DNA of 64,000 bases from a bacterium (lineage in GTDB: Bacteria; Krumholzibacteriota; Krumholzibacteriia; LZORAL124-64-63): contig JAGRNP010000006.1 in NCBI GenBank assembly GCA_020440705.1, positions 1,404 through 65,403 of the forward strand, given 5' to 3'. The notes under the pieces are model-generated. The model worked only from the letters and a program-made list of their open reading frames with translations. It was not told where the DNA came from and did no database searches. Below, one piece after another: positions 45,537 through 54,870 of the stretch. Numbering within the stretch: position 1 is the stretch's first letter; each line of letters starts with the position of its first letter. A program made the position numbers and the translations under genes.

Positions 45537-46115
45537 CTACTTCACCCGCTCGTAGACCAGATCCATGGCCTTCATCTCCTGGCCCTCCATGGTGTGCCAC
45601 ATGGCGAAGGTGACCTTGTCGTCCGAGACGAAGACCGTCTCCGAGCGCGAGGGGATGGTCATGGGTCCGAAGGTCATGTCCCCGGCGTGGCGCAGGGTCT
45701 TGCCGTCGGCGTCGAGCTGGCCGTGGGCCAGGTAGTAGCCGGTGCCGAAGTTGTCGATCCACATGCTGAAGTACTGCTGCGTGCTGTTGTCGTAGCCGTC
45801 GACGTTCATGCCGGCGAAGTCCTGGCCCATGGCCATGCCGGTGTGGTGACCCACGAAGTAGCGGCCGCCGAGGACGGCCTCGCCCCGGTAGGTGCCGGTG
45901 CTGGTGGTGGGCTCGGGGCCGTCCATGTAGGAGGTCATGGTGGTCTTCCACTCGCCGGTCAGCTTCGCCAGCAGCTGATGCTGCGGACCGGGCGTGGCGA
46001 GCTTGTACATCATCTCTTCCATGGCCTGCGGGTCCATCTGGGCGTCCTGGGCCAGCACGGGGAGCGCGCCGACCAGCAGGGCGGTCAGGGCCGCGAGAGC
46101 GAGCAACTTGCGCAT
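45537..46115 (-). CDS. Secreted DUF1579-like protein
   Basis: Signal peptide, then ATPGPQHQLLAKLTGEW, GYDN...SMWIDN and C-terminal YERVK. Confidence 0.75.
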   Translation of the reverse strand: MRKLLALAALTALLVGALPVLAQDAQMDPQAMEEMMYKLATPGPQHQLLAKLTGEWKTTMTSYMDGPEPTTSTGTYRGEAVLGGRYFVGHHTGMAMGQDFAGMNVDGYDNSTQQYFSMWIDNFGTGYYLAHGQLDADGKTLRHAGDMTFGPMTIPSRSETVFVSDDKVTFAMWHTMEGQEMKAMDLVYERVK

Positions 46116-46308
46116 GGATTTCTCCTGGGCAGGGGTGGATGGTCGTTCCAGGGCGGCGAACCCGTGGCCGCCGCATCCGGACACGATACGAGAGATCGGG
46201 GACGGCGGCATCACCCCGGGCAACAGTCGCGGCCCGTCTTCGTATGCGGGGAAATCAAGGCGGCGACCCGGTCGCCCCTCGTCGGAACCGGACACCGAAA
46301 GGACCAAC

Positions 46309-46500
46309 ATGGGATTCCTGTGGGAGATCGTGCAGTCGGGCATCGTCTACGGCCAGCACAAGAAGACCGAGACCCTCGAGGAGCGGGTCGTCGAACTGGA
46401 GCGGGGCCTGGAGGCCACCCAGGAAACGATCCGCAAGCTGGTGCGGAAACTCGAGGAGATCCACGGCCTGGACGTGGACGGCGACGGCCGCGTGGGCTGA
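46309..46500 (+). CDS. Small coiled-coil hypothetical protein (63 aa)
   Basis: AAAGGA SD. MGFLWEIVQSG...LEERVVELE...DVDGDGRVG. Confidence 0.7.
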   Translation: MGFLWEIVQSGIVYGQHKKTETLEERVVELERGLEATQETIRKLVRKLEEIHGLDVDGDGRVG

Positions 46501-46616
46501 ACCCGCCCGCGCCGTGGCCGTCGCCGCAAACCCTGCCGGGGTGGTCCTGCCGAAGGGCTGCCCCGGCGCCTCCGCAGCCCCGCGCGCTGCGGGCCCCACC
46601 CTTCCGGAGGAGAACC

Positions 46617-47813
46617 ATGAAGACCGCCGCCGCCCTCTTGCTGTGCCTGTCCTCGGCCGTGCTCGCCCGCGCCGACGACGTCCCCACCCGCATCGCCCCC
46701 GGGCCACCGAGCGGGGGCGTCGTGACCCTCGCCCTGGAGGAGCTGTGGCGCGCCGGGGGCGACGACGGCGACGTCCTCTTCGGGCGCCTGAACGACATCC
46801 TGCGTCACCCGAACGGCGAGATCATGGTGCTCGACAACCAGCTCTGCCAGGTCGAGGTCTTCGGGCCCGACGGCGCGCACCGGCGCACCCTCGGCCGCGA
46901 GGGCGACGGGCCGGGCGAGGTGCGCCAGGCCATCGGGCTGGCCTTCCTGCCGGGCGATCTGGTGGGCATCGGGTCGGGCTTCCCGGGCAAGATGGTCACC
47001 CTGACCCTCGACGGCGCCCCGGTGGCCACGCGCTATCCCATCGGCGAACCGTCCGACGGCAACATCGGCGTCATGATCAGCCTGCGCTCCGGACCGGGCC
47101 TGCTGGCCGCCACCGGCGGCCGCCTCGTCTTCGACACCCCGGAGACCAGCTACACCGAACGCTTCCTGGCCGTCTCGGACGCCGACGGCACGGGCGAGTT
47201 CACGCGCATCCTCCCGCGGCGCACGCCCATCGACCCCACCGGCCGGCTGTGGGACGAGGCGGCCGACTACTACTTCGACGGGCGCTGGACCATCGATCCG
47301 GACGGGCACATCCTCGTGCCCCTCGAGCGCGACCGGTACGTGATCTCCGTGGTCGACCGCGGCGGCCGCGAGCTGCGCCGCTTCGGGCGCGAGCTGGCCC
47401 CGCGCCGCCGCACCGCCGCCGACAAGGACCGCGCCGGCCCCATCATCAACGTCAACGGCCAGCGCAACGACGACGCCTGGGAGATCTGCGACACGGACGA
47501 GGCCGTCGGGCGCATCATGGTCGATCCGGACACGGGCGACGTCTGGGTGCTCACGCCCCACGGCGCCAACGACCAGCCCGACGGCGTGCTGCAGACGTGG
47601 GACGTGTTCGCGCCCGACGGGGAGTTCGTGCGGGAGGTCATCGTGCCCCTGGGCCACGAGATCCGCGAGGGGTTCTGCTACCTGGTGGGCGACGGCCTGC
47701 TGGTCGTGCAGCGCGGCACGGGCACGTCGCTCGTCGAGAACGACGCGGCCACCGAGCCCGCCGACGCGGAAGAGCCCGAGCCCCTCGAGGTCATCTGCTA
47801 CCGGATCCGCTGA
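46617..47813 (+). CDS. Secreted six-bladed beta-propeller (NHL-like) protein
   Basis: GGAGGAG SD, signal peptide, EELWRAGG...LFG, LGREGDGPGE, DVFAPDGEF. Confidence 0.78.
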   Translation: MKTAAALLLCLSSAVLARADDVPTRIAPGPPSGGVVTLALEELWRAGGDDGDVLFGRLNDILRHPNGEIMVLDNQLCQVEVFGPDGAHRRTLGREGDGPGEVRQAIGLAFLPGDLVGIGSGFPGKMVTLTLDGAPVATRYPIGEPSDGNIGVMISLRSGPGLLAATGGRLVFDTPETSYTERFLAVSDADGTGEFTRILPRRTPIDPTGRLWDEAADYYFDGRWTIDPDGHILVPLERDRYVISVVDRGGRELRRFGRELAPRRRTAADKDRAGPIINVNGQRNDDAWEICDTDEAVGRIMVDPDTGDVWVLTPHGANDQPDGVLQTWDVFAPDGEFVREVIVPLGHEIREGFCYLVGDGLLVVQRGTGTSLVENDAATEPADAEEPEPLEVICYRIR

Positions 47814-47827
47814 GGCCGTCGGTCGGG

Positions 47828-48373
47828 TCAGGCGGTCGCGCGCCCCTTCCCGAGGCTGCGCCACAACGCCACCAGGAAGATGCCCAGCGTGATGCCCATG
47901 CCCGCGTGGACGACGCCGTAGACGGCGTAGCGCAGGGCGTGGGACCCGCCGAGGAAGGCCGCGTCCACGGCGGCGAGGTCCGGCTGCCCGCCGCGCACCG
48001 CCAGCAGGATGTGGTACCCCTTGACCAGCTGCAGCGCCAGCGAGGCCACCGTGAACGGCAGGTAGCCCCACACGAGCGCCGCCAGCGGCCGCGGGCCGAG
48101 TTCCGCTCCGCCGGCCTGGCGTGCGAGCACGAGGGCGCCGCCGAGCACCAGCGGCATGATCACGGCCATGGTGAAGATGTGGCCGTGGGAGAGGGCCAGG
48201 GTGAGCAGGCTCTCCAGGTGCAGGCCGGGTCCGGCCATTTCCCAGGTCAGCTTCCTGGCCGATTCCTGGAACGAGATGCCCACCAGCAGCCCGACGATGC
48301 CGGCGGCGGCGGCGAAGCGGATCAGGGTGCGCAGGGCGCGGCGGTAGGTTTCGGGTAGCGGGGCGGTGGTCAT
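47828..48373 (-). CDS. Four-TM membrane protein with conserved-looking His residues (DUF2871-like)
   Basis: Four hydrophobic helices, LSHGHIF and GVVHAG. Confidence 0.55.
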   Translation of the reverse strand: MTTAPLPETYRRALRTLIRFAAAAGIVGLLVGISFQESARKLTWEMAGPGLHLESLLTLALSHGHIFTMAVIMPLVLGGALVLARQAGGAELGPRPLAALVWGYLPFTVASLALQLVKGYHILLAVRGGQPDLAAVDAAFLGGSHALRYAVYGVVHAGMGITLGIFLVALWRSLGKGRATA

Positions 48374-48554
48374 GGGCGACGGCTCCTGTTGCGGGGAAGC
48401 GGCGGGGAAACGGGAACCGGGGCACGTTAGTCCAGGGCGGCGGCGGCGTCCAGTGGAGGTGCGGGCGGCCGGGCCGTGTCGGGAAAACCCCGCGTTCTGC
48501 GCGTTGGGGGGAAACGGCCGGCTCTGCCGCAGCCCCAACCCCCGGAGGACCGCC

Positions 48555-51164
48555 ATGACCACCCGCACCATCCTCAGCCCTCGGCCGACAGCCCTCGCCT
48601 TCGTCCTTCTCGTCGTTCTGGCGGTCGCGTCCTGCGGCGGGAGCGACGATCCCGGCCGCCCCGGCGCCGCGCCCGTCGCCCTGACGGTCACCCCGGCCGC
48701 CGGGCCGGTGGGAACCGTCATCGAAGTGGCCGGCCTCGATCTGACCGGCGTCGCTCCCGGACGCATCGGGGCGACCATCGGCGGCCGGCCCGCAGCGGTC
48801 TCGCTCGCGGCCGACGGCACCCCATTGGCGGCGATCCCCCTCTTTGTCGCCCCCGACGGCCACCTGGCCGGACCTACGGGCGAGGCCCTGGACGTCACGA
48901 TCCTGCGGGACGGCGAGCCTGCGGGCGTCGCCGCGGCCGCCTTCACCGTCACGGCCCTGCCGGCCGCGCCCGGGGCCGTCAGCCGGACCGCCACGGCCCT
49001 CGGCGCCATCGTCGACGATCTGGAGACGGTGAGCGGCGCCCTGCTGCCGGCGCCGAGCCTCGAGCACGGCTACGCGACCGCCCTGGCGGGGGCCGCCCGC
49101 GAACTGATCGCCGGGTCGGCCGACTCCTCGCTCGTCTCGCTGGTGGCGGCCCTGGCGGCCGAGGATCCGGCGGCGCTGGCGGACCTCGAGGGGATCCTGG
49201 CGGCGTCGGGCCTGGAGACGATGCTGCAGGAGGTGGCGGCGGGCTTCGCCGTCCTGGCGCAGGAGTCGCGCGCCGTCGCGCGCACCGGGTCGGCGGCGAA
49301 ATCCGCCGACATGACGGACAGCGATCTGGCCGCGCGCATGCAGCTCTATGTGATGATCCGCGACGTGGGGGAGCAGGTCATCGGCCGGACCAACGCGACC
49401 TGGGGCACCTGGATGGGCACCATCGTCGGGGGAATCTCCTTCGTGGGGGTCGGCGGCACCGCGGCGGCGCCCGGTCTCGCCCTGGCCGGGACCATCGGCA
49501 CCGTGCTCGGACTGATCGACACCGCGGTGAACAAGGTGGCGCTCGGCTACCTGCCGGCCCACGTGGACGCCTTCGACCTGCAGGTCGGCGAGGCGTTCGT
49601 GGCGCCCGGCGAGGTGCCGACGACGCTCATCACGCTGCGTGGGGTGAACGAACCGGTCTCGATCACGACCCTCGACCTGGTCGACCTCGTGCTCAACGCC
49701 ATCGGCGTGCTGCCGGACGACCTCCCGTCCGGGCACCCGCGGCGGGTGGCCCTGATCCAGACCATCGACTACTTCCTGTCGATCTTCCGCGGGCTGCTCG
49801 CGAACTACGCGGGCATGTATCCGGACGCCGACCTGGCCTTCGACGTGGCGAGCATCCCGCCCATGAGCTGGAGCGTCGAGGTGACCGACGCGCGCTACGT
49901 TTCGCCGCGCTCCCTGACGCCGACCGTGATCGACGCCAACGGTGGCGGCATCCTGGCCTGGCGGGCCGCCACGGACGGCGCGGGTGAGGGCCGGATCTTC
50001 GCGAGCATCAACAGCGGGCCCGAGGTCACCTCCCTCGTCCAGATCCCCGGCTACACCTACAACGCGGGCGCCTTCGGCGACGACATCCCGGTCACCCCGA
50101 CCCGATCGGTCGAGGTGGCGCTGCCCGTGTTCGCGGTCTCGTCCATGAATCCGTCCATCGCCCCGGGCGGTGCCAACGGACTGGAGGTGCGGGTCGGGTC
50201 GGTGACGGCGACGGGCGACACGATCTGGGTCGCCGGCGCGCAGGTGGCCTGCACGACTTCCGGCGGCACGGCCTCGCCGGCCACGGGCACGACCGGCGGC
50301 GACGGGCGATTCGACACCATCGTGACCCTCGACAGCGGCAGCACCTCCGTGACCATCGACATCGCCGTCGACGCGGGACACGGCCGGCGGGCGTCCGACG
50401 TGGCGGCCGCCTCGAGCTCGCCGGTCACCTTCACCCTCGTCAGTTCGCAGGCCCTGACCTCGCACGAAGTGCGGGGGCACATCCTCAGTCCCCAGCGGAT
50501 CATCGGCCAGGTCTTCTACGACGAACTCGCCTCCGACGGCCGCACCGTCGAGGGCGACCAGGGCGCGGCCGCCGCCGTGGACTACGAGAACTCGGGCAGC
50601 TACGACTGGGGCGGCGGCAACGTCATCACCATGAACGTGACGGGCACCGGGGCGGCGGCCGTCGTCGTGGGCGGAGCCGGCACGACCCGGACGATCTCCG
50701 CGTCGGCCAGCCGTGCCATGCGGGTGGAGGTGCAGAACGCCCCGCCGGAGACCGACACCTACTGGGGCTTCGCGAACGCCATCGACGGCACGGCCTACGC
50801 CGGGTTCACCTTCCGCGTCGAGGGGGGCTCGTTCCACCTCAACGCCCAGGCCGACATGCCGGACCTCGGGGGCGTGGACATCCACCGGCGGGGCAGCTGG
50901 GATGCATCCTACTACCCCCTGTGCGCCCGGGCGGGGCATGCCTGCACCGACGTGCCCCAGGGCAACGCCTTCGACGGCATCCTGCCGGCAGGGACCTACG
51001 ACGTGTACGTCCACCTCGACACGCAGCCGAACGAGACCCGCGGGCTGGAACTGGGCAATGGGACGGCCTTTTCCATGGGGCGGGAGGGCACGGCTTCCTA
51101 CAGCGAGTCGGTGAGCATGACCCTGACGATCGATCTGGCGCCGGGCACGATCCCGGTGGAATAG
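48555..51164 (+). CDS. Large lipoprotein with Ig-like (IPT/TIG- and Big-like) domains
   Basis: GGAGG SD, lipobox VASC, VTPAAGPVGTVIEVAG (IPT-like), later VACTTSGGTASPATGTTGGDG (Big-like). Confidence 0.75.
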   Translation: MTTRTILSPRPTALAFVLLVVLAVASCGGSDDPGRPGAAPVALTVTPAAGPVGTVIEVAGLDLTGVAPGRIGATIGGRPAAVSLAADGTPLAAIPLFVAPDGHLAGPTGEALDVTILRDGEPAGVAAAAFTVTALPAAPGAVSRTATALGAIVDDLETVSGALLPAPSLEHGYATALAGAARELIAGSADSSLVSLVAALAAEDPAALADLEGILAASGLETMLQEVAAGFAVLAQESRAVARTGSAAKSADMTDSDLAARMQLYVMIRDVGEQVIGRTNATWGTWMGTIVGGISFVGVGGTAAAPGLALAGTIGTVLGLIDTAVNKVALGYLPAHVDAFDLQVGEAFVAPGEVPTTLITLRGVNEPVSITTLDLVDLVLNAIGVLPDDLPSGHPRRVALIQTIDYFLSIFRGLLANYAGMYPDADLAFDVASIPPMSWSVEVTDARYVSPRSLTPTVIDANGGGILAWRAATDGAGEGRIFASINSGPEVTSLVQIPGYTYNAGAFGDDIPVTPTRSVEVALPVFAVSSMNPSIAPGGANGLEVRVGSVTATGDTIWVAGAQVACTTSGGTASPATGTTGGDGRFDTIVTLDSGSTSVTIDIAVDAGHGRRASDVAAASSSPVTFTLVSSQALTSHEVRGHILSPQRIIGQVFYDELASDGRTVEGDQGAAAAVDYENSGSYDWGGGNVITMNVTGTGAAAVVVGGAGTTRTISASASRAMRVEVQNAPPETDTYWGFANAIDGTAYAGFTFRVEGGSFHLNAQADMPDLGGVDIHRRGSWDASYYPLCARAGHACTDVPQGNAFDGILPAGTYDVYVHLDTQPNETRGLELGNGTAFSMGREGTASYSESVSMTLTIDLAPGTIPVE

Positions 51165-51333
51165 GACCGCGGACGCCGTCGCCCCGGCGGGCCCGACCAG
51201 GGGCCGGCCGGGGCGTGGTGGCGAAAGATCACAATAACGTGAATAATTGGGTATTGTTTTGAAACCTCAATTTGCTACACTGACTTGTCCTCACGATTGA
51301 TCAAGCATCATCAGCCCCGACGAGGTGACCACA

Positions 51334-54300
51334 TTGAAGACCACGCTTGCCCGCAGCGCCGTCCTGACGGCGGTGCTCCTCTTCGCCTTCGCCCTGGCGG
51401 CCGCGGCCGCGCCCGCGCCGCAGCCCTTCGCTCCGGTCCAGGGCGGCTATGTCGCCTCCGCCGAGACGGTCCTGCCCTGGGCCCCGGACCGGATCCTCGT
51501 CAAGTTCACGCCCGAGGCCCTGGCGTCCTCGCCCCTCGCGGCCAACAAGGGGCGCAAGGACATCGTCGCCAAGTCGACCTCGCTGCCCTCCCTGGACGCC
51601 CTGCTGGCCGAAGTCGGCGCCACGGGCATCCGCGCCGCCTTCCGGCAGCCCGCGGCCAAGGCCATGGCCGACGAGCTGGGCACCGGCCGGTGGTTCATGG
51701 TCGACCTGGGCGCCGGCGCCGACGTGCCCGCGGTCGCGGCCCGGCTGGCCACCGACCCGGGTCTCGAGTTCGCCCTGCCCGACCTGCGGGCCTTCCCCGC
51801 CGTGGCGCCCAACGACCCGCTCTATCCCAACAACTGGGGCCACGACAACACGGCCCAGCTGCCGGACCTCGACTGGGGCGGCACCTACGACCACACCCTG
51901 CCGACGACCGTCGGCACGCCCGGCTTCGACACCGACGCCGACCTGGCCTGGAACGGCAGCCAGGGCTTCGGCTCGAGCTCCGTGGTCATCGCGATCCTCG
52001 ACTCGGGTGTCGAGGCGGGCCACCCCGACCTGAACCAGATGGCCGGCTACGACTTCGGTGACGGCGACAGCAATCCCGACGACAACAGCGCCCAGGCCGG
52101 CCACGGCACCGCCTGTGCCGGCGTCGCGGCGGGCATCGCCGACAACGGCGTCGGCGTGGCCGGCGTCGCCGGCGGCTGCACGATCATGCCGGTGAAGGTC
52201 GCCGACAGCGGCGGCTCGCTCTTCTTCTCCTACATCGTCGACGGCGTGTACCACGCGGCCGACAACGGCGCCGACATCATCAGCATGAGCTTCGGCGCCT
52301 CGACCACCGCCTACGCGCCCATGGACGCGGCCATCACCTACGCCTGGAACGCAGGCGTGACCCTGCTCGCGGCCACCGGCAACAACAACGGCGGGACGAT
52401 CCACTACCCGGCCTACAACCTGCGCGTCATCGGCGTCGGCGCCGCGTCGCCCTGCGGCGAGCGCAAGCGCTCCTCGAGCAGCAGCGGCGAGGTCAACCCG
52501 GGCGTGAGCACCGATCCCAACGGCTACACCTGCGACGGCGAGCGCTGGTGGGGCTCGAACTACGGCGTCAACATCCAGGACCACCAGGGTGCCGTCGACG
52601 TCATCGCCCCGACCATCCTGCCGACGACCGACATCCTCGGCGCCGGCGGCTACGATCCGACGAACTACTCGAAGTTCTTCAACGGCACGTCCTGCGCGAC
52701 CCCGTACGCGGCCGGCGTGTGCGCCCTGATCAAGTCCAAGAACCCCGGCTTCACGCCGACCCAGGTCTGGGACCAGCTCACCGCGACGGCCATGGACGTG
52801 GTCAGCGTCGAGTCGGGCGCCGGCTGGGACCGCTACACCGGCTACGGCATGGTGAACGCGTCCGACGCCGTGGGCGGCGGCGTGTCGGCCCCGGTCGCCA
52901 ACTTCAGCGCCTCGACTGCCTCGGGCTGCCTGCCCCTGCTGGTCGACTTCACCGACCTCTCCACGGGCACCGTCGACACCTGGTCCTGGACCTTCGGCGA
53001 CGGCGGCACCTCGAGCGCCCCGAGCCCGTCGCACTCCTACACGGCGGCCGGCCTCTACACGGTCTCCCTCACGGTGTCCGGCCCGGGCGGCGCCGACGTC
53101 CTGACCCTGACCGACCTGATCCAGGTCGACGGCCCGCCGACCGCGGCGTTCTCGGCCGCCCCGACCACGGTCCTCGTCGGCGACCCCGTGGCCTTCACCG
53201 ACCTGTCGACCGACGCCACGGCCCGGCTGTGGTCCTTCGGCGACGGGAACACCTCGACCCTCGCGAACCCCAGCCACGCCTACGCGGCGGCGGGTCTGTA
53301 CACCGTCAGCCTGCTCGTCTCCAACGGCTGCGGCGACGACACCATGACCTCCGTCGACCTGATCAGCGTCGTGGCGCCGGCCATCAACGTGGCCGTCAGC
53401 CCCGTCGATCCCGGCATCGGCACCGTCTCGCTGTACTCCCGTCCGGACGGCGCCGGCGATCCGCTCAGCGCCGCCCAGGACTGGGACGGCGTCGTGGGCA
53501 ACGCCCCCGCCATCGTCGATGCGACCATCAAGGTGGTCCTGACCGACGCCTTCGGGGCGCCGGTCGTGGGCTTCCCCGCGGCCGGGATCACGGTGCAGTC
53601 GTCGGCCGGCGGCTGGAACCAGTGCGAGCCCCTGGCCGCCGACGGACCCACCGACGCCAGCGGCACCACGACCATCAGCGGCGCCCTCTTCGCCGGCGGC
53701 TCCAGCGCGTCGGGCGAACTGCTGCAGGTGGTCGTCGACGACCCCGCGGTCGGCGCCATCACCTACCCGGGCGGCCTGGCCGGACTCGACTACCGCGTCA
53801 ACAGCTCGGACATCAACGGCGACCTGGCGGCGAACCTGATCGACGTGCCCCTCTTCGCCACCGCCTTCCACGGCGGGACGTACGTCTACGGCGCCGACTT
53901 CTTCTGGACCGGCTCGATCAACCTGACCGACGTCACCCTCATCGCGTCGGGCCTCGGCGCGGTCTGCCCGGCCAAGGTCGCCGCCGACCAGGTCGCCGTC
54001 GGCGGCCGCATGGGCGTGCTCTTCGACGACGAGGGCCTGCGCCCGTCCCGGGACCTCGCGCCCGGCCGTCAGGTCGAGGCCTGGGTCGTCCTCGAGGGCG
54101 ACGCCGCGGCGCGGGGCATCAGCGCCTGCGAGTTCACCCTGCGCGCCAGCGACAACGTGGAGATCCACGCGGTCGAGACGGTCGGCGGCGGGCTCGACCT
54201 CGGGTCCGACCGCACGGTCATCGTCGGCTGGGCCGCGCCCCGTGCGGCCACCGGCAACGCGCCGCTGAAGCTCGCCAGGGTGCAGCTCTCGGTCACCGAC

Positions 54301-54750
54301 GAACTGCCGGCCCACCTCTGGCTCGAGGCCGGCCGCGCGGCCGGGCTGGACGAGCCCGCGGTCGTCGTCGACGGCGGGATGCTGCGGGCGGCGCCCGTCT
54401 CCGGCGATGTCGCCGACCCGGTGGCCAGCCTGAACGACAAGGACTTCAGCCTCGAGGGCGACACCCCGCTGGTGCGGAAGCTCGCCATGGCCGTCGCGCC
54501 GAACCCGTTCAACCCGCGCACCGAGATCCGCTTCGCGCTGCCGGCCGATGGCGACGTCCAGCTGCAGGTCTTCGACGCCCGGGGCACCCTGGTCGCGACC
54601 CTGATCGACGGCAGCCTGGGCGCCGGCGAGCACACCGCGGTGTGGAACGGCACCGACCGGCACGGCCGCCACGTGGCCTCCGGGGTCTACTTCTCGAGCC
54701 TGCGCACCGACTCCGGTCGCGTCATGCAGAAGATGCTGCTCATGAAGTAG
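51334..54750 (+). CDS. Secreted S8 subtilase with two PKD domains, dockerin-like repeats and FlgD-Ig/T9SS-like tail
   Basis: TTG start after GAGGTG. Triad ILDSG, HGTACAG, GTSCATP. PKD WTFGDG/WSFGDG. DINGD...D repeat. APNPFNP...KMLLMK. Confidence 0.92.
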   Translation: MKTTLARSAVLTAVLLFAFALAAAAAPAPQPFAPVQGGYVASAETVLPWAPDRILVKFTPEALASSPLAANKGRKDIVAKSTSLPSLDALLAEVGATGIRAAFRQPAAKAMADELGTGRWFMVDLGAGADVPAVAARLATDPGLEFALPDLRAFPAVAPNDPLYPNNWGHDNTAQLPDLDWGGTYDHTLPTTVGTPGFDTDADLAWNGSQGFGSSSVVIAILDSGVEAGHPDLNQMAGYDFGDGDSNPDDNSAQAGHGTACAGVAAGIADNGVGVAGVAGGCTIMPVKVADSGGSLFFSYIVDGVYHAADNGADIISMSFGASTTAYAPMDAAITYAWNAGVTLLAATGNNNGGTIHYPAYNLRVIGVGAASPCGERKRSSSSSGEVNPGVSTDPNGYTCDGERWWGSNYGVNIQDHQGAVDVIAPTILPTTDILGAGGYDPTNYSKFFNGTSCATPYAAGVCALIKSKNPGFTPTQVWDQLTATAMDVVSVESGAGWDRYTGYGMVNASDAVGGGVSAPVANFSASTASGCLPLLVDFTDLSTGTVDTWSWTFGDGGTSSAPSPSHSYTAAGLYTVSLTVSGPGGADVLTLTDLIQVDGPPTAAFSAAPTTVLVGDPVAFTDLSTDATARLWSFGDGNTSTLANPSHAYAAAGLYTVSLLVSNGCGDDTMTSVDLISVVAPAINVAVSPVDPGIGTVSLYSRPDGAGDPLSAAQDWDGVVGNAPAIVDATIKVVLTDAFGAPVVGFPAAGITVQSSAGGWNQCEPLAADGPTDASGTTTISGALFAGGSSASGELLQVVVDDPAVGAITYPGGLAGLDYRVNSSDINGDLAANLIDVPLFATAFHGGTYVYGADFFWTGSINLTDVTLIASGLGAVCPAKVAADQVAVGGRMGVLFDDEGLRPSRDLAPGRQVEAWVVLEGDAAARGISACEFTLRASDNVEIHAVETVGGGLDLGSDRTVIVGWAAPRAATGNAPLKLARVQLSVTDELPAHLWLEAGRAAGLDEPAVVVDGGMLRAAPVSGDVADPVASLNDKDFSLEGDTPLVRKLAMAVAPNPFNPRTEIRFALPADGDVQLQVFDARGTLVATLIDGSLGAGEHTAVWNGTDRHGRHVASGVYFSSLRTDSGRVMQKMLLMK

Positions 54751-54773
54751 GCTGATCGGGTTTCCGAACGGAC

Positions 54774-54807
54774 GAGCCCCCTGCACTCCGGTGCGGGGGG
54801 CTCTTTC
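54774..54807 (+). terminator. Probable intrinsic terminator
   Basis: gagccccctgcac-tccg-gtgcgggggctc followed by tttc. Confidence 0.65.
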
Positions 54808-54870
54808 GATGGCACAACCCCTTGACCCATCCGGGCACGTCCCGCACCATGCGGCACGGAGGTCTCCGTC

